From Candidatus Latescibacterota bacterium (GTDB lineage: Bacteria > Latescibacterota > UBA2968 > UBA8231): 64,000 nt of DNA. The first letter of the stretch is position 1; every line of letters begins with the position of its first letter. The position numbers and the translations under genes were made by a program. The notes under the pieces are model-generated. The model was given only the letters and a program-made list of their open reading frames with translations, was not told where the DNA came from and did not search any database. The DNA is taken from assembly GCA_965206595.1 (NCBI GenBank), contig OZ242214.1, forward strand, positions 5,184,001 to 5,248,000, read 5' to 3'. Shown one piece after another: positions 20,571 to 33,735 of the stretch.

Positions 20571-21728
20571 ATGAAGCTGACGATCGAACGTAGTGATATG
20601 TGGCAAGGGATCGACACCATTCTCGATGCAGTCGCTTCCAAGCCAGCCCAGCCGGTTCTGTCAAACATTCTTGTTGAAGCCGAGGAAGACCGACTGACCC
20701 TCTCTTCTTCAGATCTCGATCTGTCGATGCGTACCCGCATTCAAGCCAAAGTAGAGCAGCCCGGCAGAATAACTGTGCCCGCTCGAACATTTGCTGAAAT
20801 CGCAAGAGAATGGCCGGAGGCCCGGCTATCTTTATCGATGGAAAACGGAAGGTTGGTGATATCCGGTCCTTTGGGTGAACCAGACAGCGGTGAGGGGAGG
20901 TACGTCCTGGCGACGTCGCCCCCAGATGAATTTCCTGAAATCCCGGAAACACTTGACGGATTGAGGATCGACTTCGGCAATGGCGGCATAGGCTCCCTGC
21001 TCCATTCGATGATCGACAAAACCAGTTTTGCGGTCTCGCGAGACGAGACGAGACCGGTTCTCAACGGCGTTTTATGGCGGATGGAGTCCGATTTCATGGC
21101 TATGGCCGCCACCGATGGAAGTCGCTTGGCTGAATACCGGCACTACTGGGGGGAGGGAGTCGGTACGGCGGGAGCTGCGGAGGTTATCCTACCTCCTCAA
21201 CTTTGCAGTCAGCTCACGAAACTGCTCGATGGGCCTGATGAAATCGGGCGTGCCATCGTAGGGGAAAACCAGGTGTTGTTCGATCTCGGAAGCACACAGG
21301 TATTGTCCCGTCTCATCGAGGGTCCATACGTCGACTACGAACAGGTGGTGCCGCGGGAAAACGACAAGCGATTGAGTGTTGCCGTGGACCGTCTGCTTCC
21401 AGCGGTCAGAAGGGTTTCTATTCTCTCTAGCAGTTTTACCCACCAAGTTCGACTAGCGCTGGACGGCAACACTCTCGAACTCACCGCCTCGAGCCAGGAA
21501 GTAGGAGGTGAGGGCCGCGAAGTCATACCGGCTGAATACGGGAAAGAGGCCCTGGAAGTGGCATACAACTCCAACTACCTGATGGAAATCTTGCGGAAGC
21601 TCGACACCGCTAGCGTCGTAATCGAACTGCGCGATTCCGTAACTGCGGCGGTCCTGCGGCCGGGAGAACTGCCCGAGGGGGATGAAATTTACTATCTGCT
21701 CATGCCGATGAGACCAGCAGGACCCTAA
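20571..21728 (+). CDS. dnaN: DNA polymerase III beta clamp
   Basis: SRDETRPVLNGV, ATDGSRLA, SRLIEGPYVDY and LLMPMR. Confidence 0.97.
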   Translation: MKLTIERSDMWQGIDTILDAVASKPAQPVLSNILVEAEEDRLTLSSSDLDLSMRTRIQAKVEQPGRITVPARTFAEIAREWPEARLSLSMENGRLVISGPLGEPDSGEGRYVLATSPPDEFPEIPETLDGLRIDFGNGGIGSLLHSMIDKTSFAVSRDETRPVLNGVLWRMESDFMAMAATDGSRLAEYRHYWGEGVGTAGAAEVILPPQLCSQLTKLLDGPDEIGRAIVGENQVLFDLGSTQVLSRLIEGPYVDYEQVVPRENDKRLSVAVDRLLPAVRRVSILSSSFTHQVRLALDGNTLELTASSQEVGGEGREVIPAEYGKEALEVAYNSNYLMEILRKLDTASVVIELRDSVTAAVLRPGELPEGDEIYYLLMPMRPAGP

Positions 21729-21755
21729 GTACCATGCCAGAAAACGGCCAATCCC

Positions 21756-22854
21756 GTGCATATTCGCGAGCTGACGCTGCAGCCGTTTCGAAATCTCAAG
21801 AACACGCGATTGCAGTTGGCACCGGAAGGTGTTCTGATCGTTGCACCCAACGGCAAAGGCAAGAGCAATGTTCTGGAGGCGATCTCCTTTTTGTCGATCG
21901 GGAAATCGGTGCGTGGGGTTCGCGACCGCGAGGCAGTACCGCATGGAGGCAATCAGTTCGACATCCGTGCCGTATGGCATGACGGGAGAAGGGAGCGGGA
22001 GGTACGGTTGTGCTACTTTCACGACTTGGGCAAACGCGTTTTTCTGGATGGTGCCCCTCTCGATCGCGTATCCGATCTGGTGTCGTTGTTTCAAACCGTT
22101 CATTTCTGTCCCGAAGATGTAACGCTGGTCCTTCGCTTTGCCGCTCAGCGCAGACGCCTGCTCGACATCCTTATTTCGCAGTCCGACCCGGCGTATCTGC
22201 ACGAATTGCAGAGGTTTCAGCGTGCTCTAGTCCAGCGGAACCGATGCCTCAAGCGCTGGCTATCGGCGGTCGAATCTCGACGCGAACTGGAGCCTTGGGA
22301 TGTCCAGATCGTCCAGTTCGGAGGATCGCTCAGACGACAGCGCCTCGGGGTTTTGCTTGAGTTCCAGCCTCTGTTGACGAGCTACTACGCCCGGTTTTCG
22401 ACCGGACGCGAGGCAGTGAATGTAGCATACAGCGGCACCACGGACATCGCTCTGGATACCGGGATTTTACCGACTAGGGACGAGCTGTGCGCCGAACTTC
22501 AGGAGGAACTCGAACAGGCGCGAGAACGGGAACTCCAATCCGGTCACACCTTGTGTGGTCCCCATCGTGACGCGATCTCGTTCGAACTGAATGGCGAACC
22601 TGCGGAAACATTTGCTTCTCAGGGACAGCGAAAGAGCCTGCTGATTTCCTGGAAAATGGCTGAATTGCGCTTCCTGGAAGCACGTAACGGGCAACAACCG
22701 GTGTTGCTTCTTGACGATATGTTCTCCGAACTCGACGGGGACCGAATAAGGGAGTTGTTGAATCTCGTGACCGACTTCGACCAAGTTGTAATTACAGCCC
22801 CAAAATCCCCACAGGAAGAGCTGCCTGCCCGCTTCACCGAGATACCCCTGACAG

Positions 22855-22868
<14 letters not shown>
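21756..22868 (+). CDS. recF: DNA replication/repair protein RecF
   Basis: APNGKGKSNVLEAI, GPHRD, SQGQRK and LLLDDMFSELD. Confidence 0.96.
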
Positions 22869-25151
<2,283 letters not shown>

Positions 25152-25184
25152 CAGCACACCCTACAAAAGGCACGAAACACGTAG

Positions 25185-27710
25185 ATGCAGGAGCAACGAG
25201 AGTCGCGAATAATACCGGTCAAGGTCGAGGACGAGATAAAGACCTCCTACCTCGACTATTCCATGAGCGTCAACATGGCGCGAGCGTTGCCGGATGTGCG
25301 CGATGGCCTCAAACCCTCGCAACGGCGCATTCTGGTGGCGATGAACGACCTCAACCTCTTGCCGGGGCGCGGGTTCCGGAAGTGCGCCAAGATCTCTGGC
25401 GACACCTCCGGCAACTACCATCCCCACGGGGACGAGGGAGTGTATTCCACCCTCGTGCACATGGCGCAGGATTTCCGGCTGCGCTACCCGCTCGTTGACG
25501 GCCAAGGCAACTTCGGCTCCATCGATGGCTACCCTCCGGCGGCCATGCGCTACACGGAGGCTCGCCTGACCCCGGCCGCTGTCGAAATGCTGGCCGACAT
25601 CGACCGGGACACCGTTGACTTTGTCGACAACTACGACGAGACCCGCCAGGAACCTGCGGTGCTGCCGGCGAAATTTCCGAACCTCTTGTGCAACGGGTCG
25701 GTTGGCATCGGGGTCGGCATGGCGACAAGGATTCCGCCTCACAACGTCCGGGAAGTCGCCGATGCGCTGTCGGCGCTAATCGACGACCCCGAGATCGGGC
25801 TTGCCGAATTGATGGAGAAAATCAAGGCACCCGATTTCCCCACTGGGGGGGTCATCCAGGGGATGCACGGGGTGCAAATGGCGTACCGCAGCGGTCGCGG
25901 TTCGATCCAGCTGCGCGCACGCACCCATATCGAGACGCGGAGGGACGGACGCGAGAACATCATCGTCACCGAGATTCCGTTCTTGATCGACAAGTCGACG
26001 CTGGTGGAGAAAATGTACGACTTGGTGCGCAACAAAACGGTCGAAGACGTCGCAAACATCCGCGACGAATCGGGCCGCGGCGGAATGCGTATCGTCGTCG
26101 AGCTCAAGCGGTCGGCGCAGTCGGAAGTCGTCCTGAATCAGCTGTTCTCGCACAGCATGCTGCAGGCGACCTTCGGCGTGATGATGCTGGCAGTCGTCAA
26201 CGGCCGCCCGGAGATCCTCAATCTCAAGCAGATGCTGGAGCACTACGTCGCGCACCGCCACGACGTGATTCTCCGGCGCACTCGCTTCGACCTAGCCAAA
26301 GCCGAGGCGCGCGCCCATATTCTCGAAGGCCTGCGCATCGCCCTCGACAACATAGACGCCGCGATCGAGCTGATCAGAGATTCCGCCAATCCCGACGAAG
26401 CCCGACAACGACTGACGGCGCGCTTCGAACTGAGCGAGATCCAGGCACTGGCGATTCTGACGATGCCGTTGCAGCGGCTGACCGGCCTCGAGCGGGACAA
26501 GATCGAAGAGGAATACCAGAACCTGCAGGAGACGATTCGCCAGCTCAAACACATCCTCGAGAACCGCGACGCGCAGATGCAGATTCTCCAGGACGAACTA
26601 GCCGACCTTCGCGAGCGCTTCGGCGATGAGCGCCGCACCGAGATCGTCTACTCCGCCGAAGAGTTCGACATCGAGGATCTGATCGCCGAAGAGGACATGG
26701 TGGTCACCATCTCCAAGGCGGGTTACGTCAAACGGATGTCGCCGAACGCCTACCGCGTACAGCAGCGCGGCGGTCGCGGGGTGACGGGAATGAAGACGCG
26801 GGAGGAGGATTTCGTCGAGCATCTGTTCATCGCCTCGACGCACTCGTACATCCTTTTCCTCACCGCCCGGGGCCAGTGCAGGTGGCTCAAAGTGTACCGT
26901 ATTCCAGAAGGGGATCGGGCGGCTCGCGGGCGACCTGTGGTCAACCTCCTCGACCTGCAGTCGGACGACGTCATTTCGGCGGTGGTCGCGGTCGGCGAAT
27001 TTGCCGAGGACCGGTTCCTGTTTACCGCCACCCGCAAGGGAATCGTCAAGAAAACGGTGCTGTCCGCCTATGGAAACGTTCGCCGCGACGGCATCATTGC
27101 CCTCAAGGTTCAGGAGGACGACGATCTGATCGATGCCTCGATCACCGACGGCAGCGACGACGTTATGCTGGTGACGCGCAGTGGTCAGGCGGTGCGGTTC
27201 ACGGAGAGGGACGTGCGCCCCATGGGGCGCGTGTCAACTGGCGTAAAGGGGATCGAACTGCGTGGCGGTGACGAAGTGGTCGACATGGTCGTCCTGCGCG
27301 GACAGGGCAGCATACTGACAATCTGCGAGCACGGCTACGGGAAGCGAACCGAGCCTCAGGAGTATTCCCGGATTCGCCGCGGCGGAATGGGCGTCATCGA
27401 TATCAAAACGACCGCCCGCAACGGATCGGTAGTGGCATGCAGGGAGGTAACCGAGAGCGACGAGGTGATGATCGTCACCCAAAACGGAATCATGATTCGC
27501 GTTCCAGTCGCGGCAATCCGCAAGATCGGCCGAAATACCCAGGGAGTCAGGGTCATCAATCTCGACACGGGGGACCGGGTCATCGACATGACGCGAGTGG
27601 CACAAAACCGCGAAGTCAACGGAGAGGGCCCGGCCATGGGGGGAAACAGCGATCCGATGGAGGACGCAGGCAACGGAAGCGGGCCTCCACCAGGACCCGC
27701 CGCCGGCTGA
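25185..27710 (+). CDS. gyrA: DNA gyrase subunit A
   Basis: RALPDVRDGLKP, YHPHGD, AAMRYTE and GyrA-box QQRGGRG; C-terminal pinwheel repeats. Confidence 0.97.
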   Translation: MQEQRESRIIPVKVEDEIKTSYLDYSMSVNMARALPDVRDGLKPSQRRILVAMNDLNLLPGRGFRKCAKISGDTSGNYHPHGDEGVYSTLVHMAQDFRLRYPLVDGQGNFGSIDGYPPAAMRYTEARLTPAAVEMLADIDRDTVDFVDNYDETRQEPAVLPAKFPNLLCNGSVGIGVGMATRIPPHNVREVADALSALIDDPEIGLAELMEKIKAPDFPTGGVIQGMHGVQMAYRSGRGSIQLRARTHIETRRDGRENIIVTEIPFLIDKSTLVEKMYDLVRNKTVEDVANIRDESGRGGMRIVVELKRSAQSEVVLNQLFSHSMLQATFGVMMLAVVNGRPEILNLKQMLEHYVAHRHDVILRRTRFDLAKAEARAHILEGLRIALDNIDAAIELIRDSANPDEARQRLTARFELSEIQALAILTMPLQRLTGLERDKIEEEYQNLQETIRQLKHILENRDAQMQILQDELADLRERFGDERRTEIVYSAEEFDIEDLIAEEDMVVTISKAGYVKRMSPNAYRVQQRGGRGVTGMKTREEDFVEHLFIASTHSYILFLTARGQCRWLKVYRIPEGDRAARGRPVVNLLDLQSDDVISAVVAVGEFAEDRFLFTATRKGIVKKTVLSAYGNVRRDGIIALKVQEDDDLIDASITDGSDDVMLVTRSGQAVRFTERDVRPMGRVSTGVKGIELRGGDEVVDMVVLRGQGSILTICEHGYGKRTEPQEYSRIRRGGMGVIDIKTTARNGSVVACREVTESDEVMIVTQNGIMIRVPVAAIRKIGRNTQGVRVINLDTGDRVIDMTRVAQNREVNGEGPAMGGNSDPMEDAGNGSGPPPGPAAG

Positions 27711-27762
27711 GGGAATCGCCGTATGCTCCTGTATTTCAACTGGTTAGTCGATACTTGGCGAG

Positions 27763-27790
27763 TTGACGATCGGCTTTGATCGGTTATATT
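27763..27790 (+). promoter_or_regulatory. Putative promoter of tRNA operon
   Basis: TTGACG-N16-TATATT, 33 bp before the first tRNA. Confidence 0.6.
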
Positions 27791-27823
27791 CCGACACTTC
27801 GGCCGACAAGGAAATCCAGTCTC

Positions 27824-27910
27824 GGAGGGCTAGACCTAATTGGTAAGGCAGCGGTCTTGAAAACCGCCGGGTTCACACCCTTGTGGGTTCGAGTCCCACG
27901 CCCTCCGCCA
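27824..27910 (+). tRNA. tRNA-Ser(TGA)
   Basis: GGAGGGC/GCCCTCC acceptor stem, GCGGT-CTTGAAA-ACCGC anticodon arm, long variable arm, GTTCGAG T loop, CCA end. Confidence 0.95.
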
Positions 27911-27939
27911 AGCGAACGTCCCGCCCGTGCGGGAAATAC

Positions 27940-28031
<92 letters not shown>

Positions 28032-28037
28032 GTTATC

Positions 28038-28111
28038 TGCCCCCTCGTTCAATGGTAGGACACATGACTCTGGATCATGTTATCGGGGTTCGAATCCCTG
28101 GGGGGCAGCCA
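28038..28111 (+). tRNA. tRNA-Gln(CTG)
   Basis: TGCCCCC/GGGGGCA acceptor stem, CATGA-CTCTGGA-TCATG anticodon arm, GTTCGAA, CCA end. Confidence 0.95.
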
Positions 28112-28139
28112 ACATGAACCGCCTTCAAAGCGGACCGTC

Positions 28140-28176
28140 GAAGACCCCTGAAGCGCTGGCTCGGGGGTCTTCTTTT
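28140..28176 (+). terminator. Rho-independent terminator after tRNA operon
   Basis: GAAGACCCC...GGGGTCTTC stem followed by TTTT. Confidence 0.75.
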
Positions 28177-28217
28177 CAGAAAGGAGGGGTGACCAATTGC
28201 AAAAAAACCCGGGCGCC

Positions 28218-28814
28218 ATGCGGGCGAAAAACTCAATGAATCTCGTACCATGGGTGCTATCCACCCTGGTGTGGGGGTTGGCGCATGCAGCCGGTGCCGA
28301 GACCTACGCAGTCGACCCATCTCACTCCTCCGTAGGTTTCAGTATCCGCCATCTTGTCGGTCGCACTAGCGGGCACTTCAACAAATTCAGCGGCACCGTC
28401 ACATACGACTCCGCATCACCCCAGACCACCACCTTTTCGGGGATTATCCAGGCCAAAAGCATCGACACCGGCAATGAGCGCCGCGACAACCACCTGAGAA
28501 GCGCCGACTTCTTCGACGTCGCCAAATACCCGCACATCGAGTTTGACAGCACATCGGTGAAGAAAGGGGTGGAAGACCGCCTCGAGGTAGCCGGGACACT
28601 TTCTCTCCACGGGTTGACGAAGCCGGTGACCTTTCCGGTAGAGGTACTCGGGGTAGGGGTTCATCCGATGAACGGGAAGGCGGTTGCCGGGTTCGCCGCA
28701 GAGTTGACGGTGAAGCGTTCCGACTACGGCGTCGACAACTGGACCGATGCTGCCGGCGTTCTCGGAGACGAGGTGAAGATTACTGTACTGATAGAGGCGC
28801 TCGGCGGGGAGTAG
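28218..28814 (+). CDS. YceI family lipid/polyisoprenoid-binding protein
   Basis: Signal peptide, YAVDPSHSSVGF.IRH, RDNHLRSADFFD and KRSDYGV. Start uncertain. Confidence 0.92.
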   Translation: MRAKNSMNLVPWVLSTLVWGLAHAAGAETYAVDPSHSSVGFSIRHLVGRTSGHFNKFSGTVTYDSASPQTTTFSGIIQAKSIDTGNERRDNHLRSADFFDVAKYPHIEFDSTSVKKGVEDRLEVAGTLSLHGLTKPVTFPVEVLGVGVHPMNGKAVAGFAAELTVKRSDYGVDNWTDAAGVLGDEVKITVLIEALGGE

Positions 28815-28844
28815 CGAAGATCGGAAGCGCGCTAGCCGCTGCTC

Positions 28845-29972
28845 ATGAAGACCGCTGAGTCGCGCTTGGCATGGGCCCTGCTGGCACCTGCACTCACTGT
28901 TCTGGGGGTCTTCGGCGTATTCCCGATCGGCTACGCCCTCTTCGTCAGCCTGCACCGTTGGCGCCTGAAGAAGGGGGATTTCGTTGCCCTCGATCACTAC
29001 CGACGTGCCTTGGGCGAAGTCCAATTCGTCGGGCTGATCCTCCTGGCTGTGGCGGCGTGGCTGCTGTCGGTATGGGTTGTCAGGCGGCGCCGGTCACACC
29101 GGCAACAGCACAGATTGCTCCAGGCCATCGGGGCCGGGCTCGGTGTCACGGCGGCACTCGCTGCGGTTGCAGGAGTCGCCGGAATGGCGGGCTCGGGCGA
29201 CCCGCGGCTCTTCAATGCCTTTCTGGTAACCGCATTCTACGCCTTCGGGACGATCCCGATAGAGGTTGGCGCCTCGATGCTGCTAGCCTATCTGCTTTTC
29301 CGGGCGGCGCTGGGCAGGGGGGGGTTCCGCGTCCTCTACTTTCTGCCCTACGTCACCCCGATGATCGCTACCGCGGTCTTGTTCCGCACCCTTTTCAGTC
29401 CACACCCCTCATCGTTCGCCAACCGCTTCTGGGGGGTTCTCGGCTTCGAACACCAACGGTGGTTGTTCGAGAGCCGATCCATCGCGGCGCTGGTCTGCGA
29501 GGGTTTCGAGCTCGCCTGTCCAGCGTGGGCAAATGCATTTTTCCCCAGTCTGGCACTCGTCTCCATAGTGCTCTACAACGTCTGGGTCTATATCGGTTAC
29601 GACACGGTGATCCTGCTGGCCGGCCTGAGTGCAATTCCCCGCCACTACTACGAAGCGGCTGCCATAGACGGCGCCAATGCGTTGCAGTCCTTTCGCCATG
29701 TAACGGTTCCGCTGATTTCACCCACCCTGTTTTTCATAACACTGGTCGGCTTTATCGGAACCTTCAAGGCCTTCAATCACATCTACATCCTGCGCACCGC
29801 TGGCGCCCGCGATACCGTCGACGTGGTCAGCATCCTGATTTTCGATCGCCTCTACAACTACCAGGACGCTGGTTACGCCTCCTGCCTGTCGCTGATTCTG
29901 TTCGTCGCGATTCTCGCCTTGACGCTTGCCCAGAACCGCTTGCTGGGACGGCGCGTGTTCTACGGGGAGTGA
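28845..29972 (+). CDS. Carbohydrate ABC transporter permease
   Basis: Multiple TM segments; EAA loop YEAAAIDGA. Confidence 0.9.
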   Translation: MKTAESRLAWALLAPALTVLGVFGVFPIGYALFVSLHRWRLKKGDFVALDHYRRALGEVQFVGLILLAVAAWLLSVWVVRRRRSHRQQHRLLQAIGAGLGVTAALAAVAGVAGMAGSGDPRLFNAFLVTAFYAFGTIPIEVGASMLLAYLLFRAALGRGGFRVLYFLPYVTPMIATAVLFRTLFSPHPSSFANRFWGVLGFEHQRWLFESRSIAALVCEGFELACPAWANAFFPSLALVSIVLYNVWVYIGYDTVILLAGLSAIPRHYYEAAAIDGANALQSFRHVTVPLISPTLFFITLVGFIGTFKAFNHIYILRTAGARDTVDVVSILIFDRLYNYQDAGYASCLSLILFVAILALTLAQNRLLGRRVFYGE

Positions 29973-29975
29973 GTT

Positions 29976-30824
29976 ATGGAGCGGGCAAGGTATCTGCCAC
30001 GGCTGGTTCCCTGGCTGATGTATTCCGGGCTGGCTCTCGGCGCGGTGATTGCAGGACTCCCGTTTGCGTGGATGCTGCTGGCCTCCTTCATGACCCGGGG
30101 TGAAACCCTAAGGAGGGTGTTCGCCCCCGCGGAGCTGCAATGGAGCAACTACATCAGGGCATGGAGGGAGGAGGACTTCGCTCTATATTTCGAAAATTCG
30201 CTTCTGATCGCGGCGCTGCAGGTCAGCGGAACCCTGCTGTTCTCCCTGCTGGCGGCGTACGCACTGGCGCGCCTGCGGTTCAAGGGCCGCGAGTTTGTCT
30301 TCTACGGCATACTCGCAACCCTGATGGTTCCCGAAACGGTCACCATGGTGCCGAACTTTCTTACCGTGTCGTGGCTTCACCAGCGCAGCCCATTTGACTG
30401 GATCAACAACTGGCCGGCCCTCACGATTCCATTCATGGGCAGCGCCTTCAGCATTTTCCTGCTGCGCCAGTTCATGCGCGGCATACCGAGCGAGCTCTGG
30501 GACGCGGCCCGCATCGACGGCGCCGGACATATGCGGTTTCTGTTCCAGGTCGCGGCTCCCCTGTGCCGGGCCCCCCTGCTGACGGTCGGCATGTTTACCC
30601 TGATCGGATCCTGGAACGCCCTGGGATGGCCGCTGCTGGTCACCAATTCGCCCGAGTGGCGGCCGATTTCGGTAGCCCTGCAGAAATTCGTCAGCGAAGC
30701 CGGACCCGAGGTGCATTTGCAGATGGCGGGAGCCGTAATCGCCACCGTACCGGTCCTGTTGATCTACGCCCTTGTTCAACGGGAGTTCACCTCGGGGATA
30801 TCGATGTCGGGACTGAAAGGATGA
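29976..30824 (+). CDS. Carbohydrate ABC transporter permease
   Basis: FLLRQF...ELWDAARIDGA and SWNAL.WPL. Confidence 0.9.
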   Translation: MERARYLPRLVPWLMYSGLALGAVIAGLPFAWMLLASFMTRGETLRRVFAPAELQWSNYIRAWREEDFALYFENSLLIAALQVSGTLLFSLLAAYALARLRFKGREFVFYGILATLMVPETVTMVPNFLTVSWLHQRSPFDWINNWPALTIPFMGSAFSIFLLRQFMRGIPSELWDAARIDGAGHMRFLFQVAAPLCRAPLLTVGMFTLIGSWNALGWPLLVTNSPEWRPISVALQKFVSEAGPEVHLQMAGAVIATVPVLLIYALVQREFTSGISMSGLKG

Positions 30825-32167
30825 GGCGAACGGGAAGTGGTCCGGTGCTGCTGCTCGTAACGGCAATCGCACTGTGCTGCGGAGAACACCGGGGAGACGG
30901 CGCCGGACAGGTAGCGGGGACTCCTTCTCCGGAAGCGGTCGACCCGTCGGGGACAGAGGTCGTCTTCTGGTACCAGCACACCCAGATGCGAGAAGAGGCG
31001 CTGCTGGAGCTGATCGAAGACTTCAACCGCACCAATTCTCACGGAATTCGCGTGCGCGGCGAGTTCGCGGGGCGGTACAGCGACATCTACAACAAGATGA
31101 TGGTCGGCCTGCAGGGTGGAGAGCTGCCCGAGCTCGTCGTCGCCTACCAGAACCAGGCCGTTGTCTACGACATGGGGGAAGGCCTGGTTGATCTCACCCC
31201 GTACATGATCTCGCCGAAATGGGGATTGAGCGCATCCGAACGGGAGGACTACGTGCAGGCCTTCCTCGCCCAGGATTTCATCAACGGCAAGCAGATCAGC
31301 TTTCCGCCCAACCGTTCCCTGGAAATCCTTTACTACAACGCCGACTGGCTGCGCGAGCTCGGTGTTGAGGAACCCCCGTCGACCTGGGAAGAATTTGCGC
31401 GCCTCTGCCGGCTTGCCCAGTTCCAGCCGTTTCGCCCGGCGCAGCCGGTCAGTCGCAGCAAGGGATACCTGTTCGAGGCCGAAGCGAGCCGCATGGCCAC
31501 CATGGTTTTCACGCGGGGCGGTGACTTCATGGACGCGGAGCGAACCGCCTATACCCTCGACACGCCGGAGATGCGGCAGGCCCTCGCCATGATGCAGGGC
31601 CTGATCGGGGAAGGGGCGGCAGATCTGCTCAGCGATCGCTACGAAGACCAGACCGAGTTCGCGCTCGGTCTGGTCCTGTTCATGATCCGCTCCTCCTCCG
31701 GCCTGCCGTTCGTGGCCAGCGCCCTGGCCGATGCCCCGACCCGGTTCGCATGGGATGTGGCACTGCCGCCTCGAGACGGGGAGGACCCCGTGATCAACGC
31801 TTACGGGGCCAGTGTATCGGTGTGTCGCTCGACGCCGGAGAAACAACTGGCCTCCTGGCTGTTTCTCAAGTGGTTCACCGCCCCGGAGCAGCAGGCGCGC
31901 TGGGTCAAGGCGAGCAACTACTTCCCGGTTCGCCGCAGCGCGGCGGGGCAGCTCACCGGCTACTTTGAGAAGAACCCACGCTACGGCAAGGCGTACGGCT
32001 TTCTAGAATTCGGCAGGGCCGAACCGTCGGTTCCGGGGTATGAGGCGGTGCGGCGAAAGATCGAAGAAGCGATGGTCGAGGTCGCCCAGGGAGGCGAGAT
32101 CGCCCCGGTTCTGCAACGGCTCGAAGAAGAGGCCAACCTCGTTCTCGACGAGTTCGAAATGTGGTAG
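30821..32167 (+). CDS. ABC transporter substrate-binding protein (family 1, UgpB-like)
   Basis: ATG overlaps the permease stop; lipoprotein-like signal; LYYNAD and WLFLKWF...QARW...SNYFPVR. Confidence 0.88.
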   Translation: MRRTGSGPVLLLVTAIALCCGEHRGDGAGQVAGTPSPEAVDPSGTEVVFWYQHTQMREEALLELIEDFNRTNSHGIRVRGEFAGRYSDIYNKMMVGLQGGELPELVVAYQNQAVVYDMGEGLVDLTPYMISPKWGLSASEREDYVQAFLAQDFINGKQISFPPNRSLEILYYNADWLRELGVEEPPSTWEEFARLCRLAQFQPFRPAQPVSRSKGYLFEAEASRMATMVFTRGGDFMDAERTAYTLDTPEMRQALAMMQGLIGEGAADLLSDRYEDQTEFALGLVLFMIRSSSGLPFVASALADAPTRFAWDVALPPRDGEDPVINAYGASVSVCRSTPEKQLASWLFLKWFTAPEQQARWVKASNYFPVRRSAAGQLTGYFEKNPRYGKAYGFLEFGRAEPSVPGYEAVRRKIEEAMVEVAQGGEIAPVLQRLEEEANLVLDEFEMW

Positions 32168-32233
32168 GTCCGCTTCCGCAGCCGGGAGGCTGATGTGCGG
32201 ATTGATTTACAACGGAAACAGCAGAGGAGAAAG

Positions 32234-33625
32234 ATGGACGTACGCATCGAATCGGACAGCATGGGCGACGTGGAAGTCGCTGCGGACCGTTACTACGGCG
32301 CCCAGACGCATCGGTCGTTGCAGAATTTCGCTATCGGCCAAGAGCGGTTTACGCGAGAAATGATCAAGGCGTTGGGCATCGTCAAAAAGGCGTCTGCCTT
32401 GGTAAACCATGAGCTGGGAACCTTGGAGGAGGATCTCGCGGATCTGATCGTCAGGGCGGCCGACGAGGTCATCGCCGGAGACTGGGACGATCACTTTCCC
32501 TTGGTCGTATGGCAGACAGGCAGCGGCACGCAGTCGAACATGAATGTCAACGAGGTGATTTCGAATCGCGCCATCGAGATGGCCGGGGGCAAGCTGGGCT
32601 CGAAAGACCCGGTACATCCTAACGACCATGTCAACAGGAGTCAGTCGTCCAACGACGTTTTTCCCACGGCCATGCACATCGCCGCGGTGGACGCGATCGC
32701 CAACAGCCTCATTCCCTCCCTGCAGCAACTGGCGGCGACGTTCGACGAAAAAGCAAGGCGCTTCGGCGACGTGATAAAAATCGGCCGCACTCACCTGCAG
32801 GATGCCACACCTCTGACCCTGGGCCAGGAGCTTTCCGGTCATGCGGCGCAACTGCACGAAGCCATCCGTCGCGGCCGGGCGGCCCTGCAACCGCTGTACA
32901 AACTGGCGCTGGGCGGCACGGCGGTGGGGACCGGCCTCAACTCGAAAAAGGGATTCGACGAAAAGACAGCGGCCGCCATCGCCCGGGAGACCGGGCAGCC
33001 TTTCGTGACGGCGCCGAACAAGTACGAGGCGCTCGCTGCTCACGATGCGCTGGTTGAGGCTTCAGGAATGTTGAAGACGATTGCGGCATCGCTGATGAAG
33101 ATCGCCAACGACGTGCGCTGGATGGCCTCGGGACCGCGGAGCGGTCTCGGTGAGATATTCATTCCCGAGAACGAACCGGGTTCTTCGATCATGCCGGGGA
33201 AAGTCAACCCGACTCAGTGCGAGGCGCTGACGATGGTCTGTGCCCAGGTCATGGGGAATGACGCCGCCGTCGGCTTCTCGGGTGCCTCGGGCAACTTCGA
33301 GCTCAACGTCTTCAAACCTGTCATCATTCACAACGTGCTGACGTCCATCCGGCTGCTGGCCGACGCGGCGCGCAGTTTCGACATCCACTGCGCCGTAGGC
33401 ATTGAGCCCAACCGCGAGCGCATCGAAGCATTGATGCAGCAGTCGCTCATGCTGGTTACGGCCCTGAACCCCCACATCGGCTACGACAACGCCGCCAAGG
33501 TGGCCAAGACCGCGTACAGCGAAGGGAAAACCCTGAAGGAGGTGGCCGTGGAGATGGGGCTTCTCACCCCGGAACAGTTCGATGAATGGGTGCGGCCCGA
33601 AAAGATGGTTTCGCCGTCGTCGTAA
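32234..33625 (+). CDS. fumC: Class II fumarate hydratase
   Basis: [21 protein letters not shown] and [15 protein letters not shown]; GAGGAG RBS before ATG 32234. Confidence 0.97.
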   Translation: MDVRIESDSMGDVEVAADRYYGAQTHRSLQNFAIGQERFTREMIKALGIVKKASALVNHELGTLEEDLADLIVRAADEVIAGDWDDHFPLVVWQTGSGTQSNMNVNEVISNRAIEMAGGKLGSKDPVHPNDHVNRSQSSNDVFPTAMHIAAVDAIANSLIPSLQQLAATFDEKARRFGDVIKIGRTHLQDATPLTLGQELSGHAAQLHEAIRRGRAALQPLYKLALGGTAVGTGLNSKKGFDEKTAAAIARETGQPFVTAPNKYEALAAHDALVEASGMLKTIAASLMKIANDVRWMASGPRSGLGEIFIPENEPGSSIMPGKVNPTQCEALTMVCAQVMGNDAAVGFSGASGNFELNVFKPVIIHNVLTSIRLLADAARSFDIHCAVGIEPNRERIEALMQQSLMLVTALNPHIGYDNAAKVAKTAYSEGKTLKEVAVEMGLLTPEQFDEWVRPEKMVSPSS

Positions 33626-33735
33626 GACATTTCGCGCTTGTTCGCCGGATGCTCTCCACAATCGCGTTTTCCGGGAACGGACACAGCCGTAAGTTCGTTT
33701 TCCTCAGCCAGGCCCATCAGGGAAATCGGGTGCGC

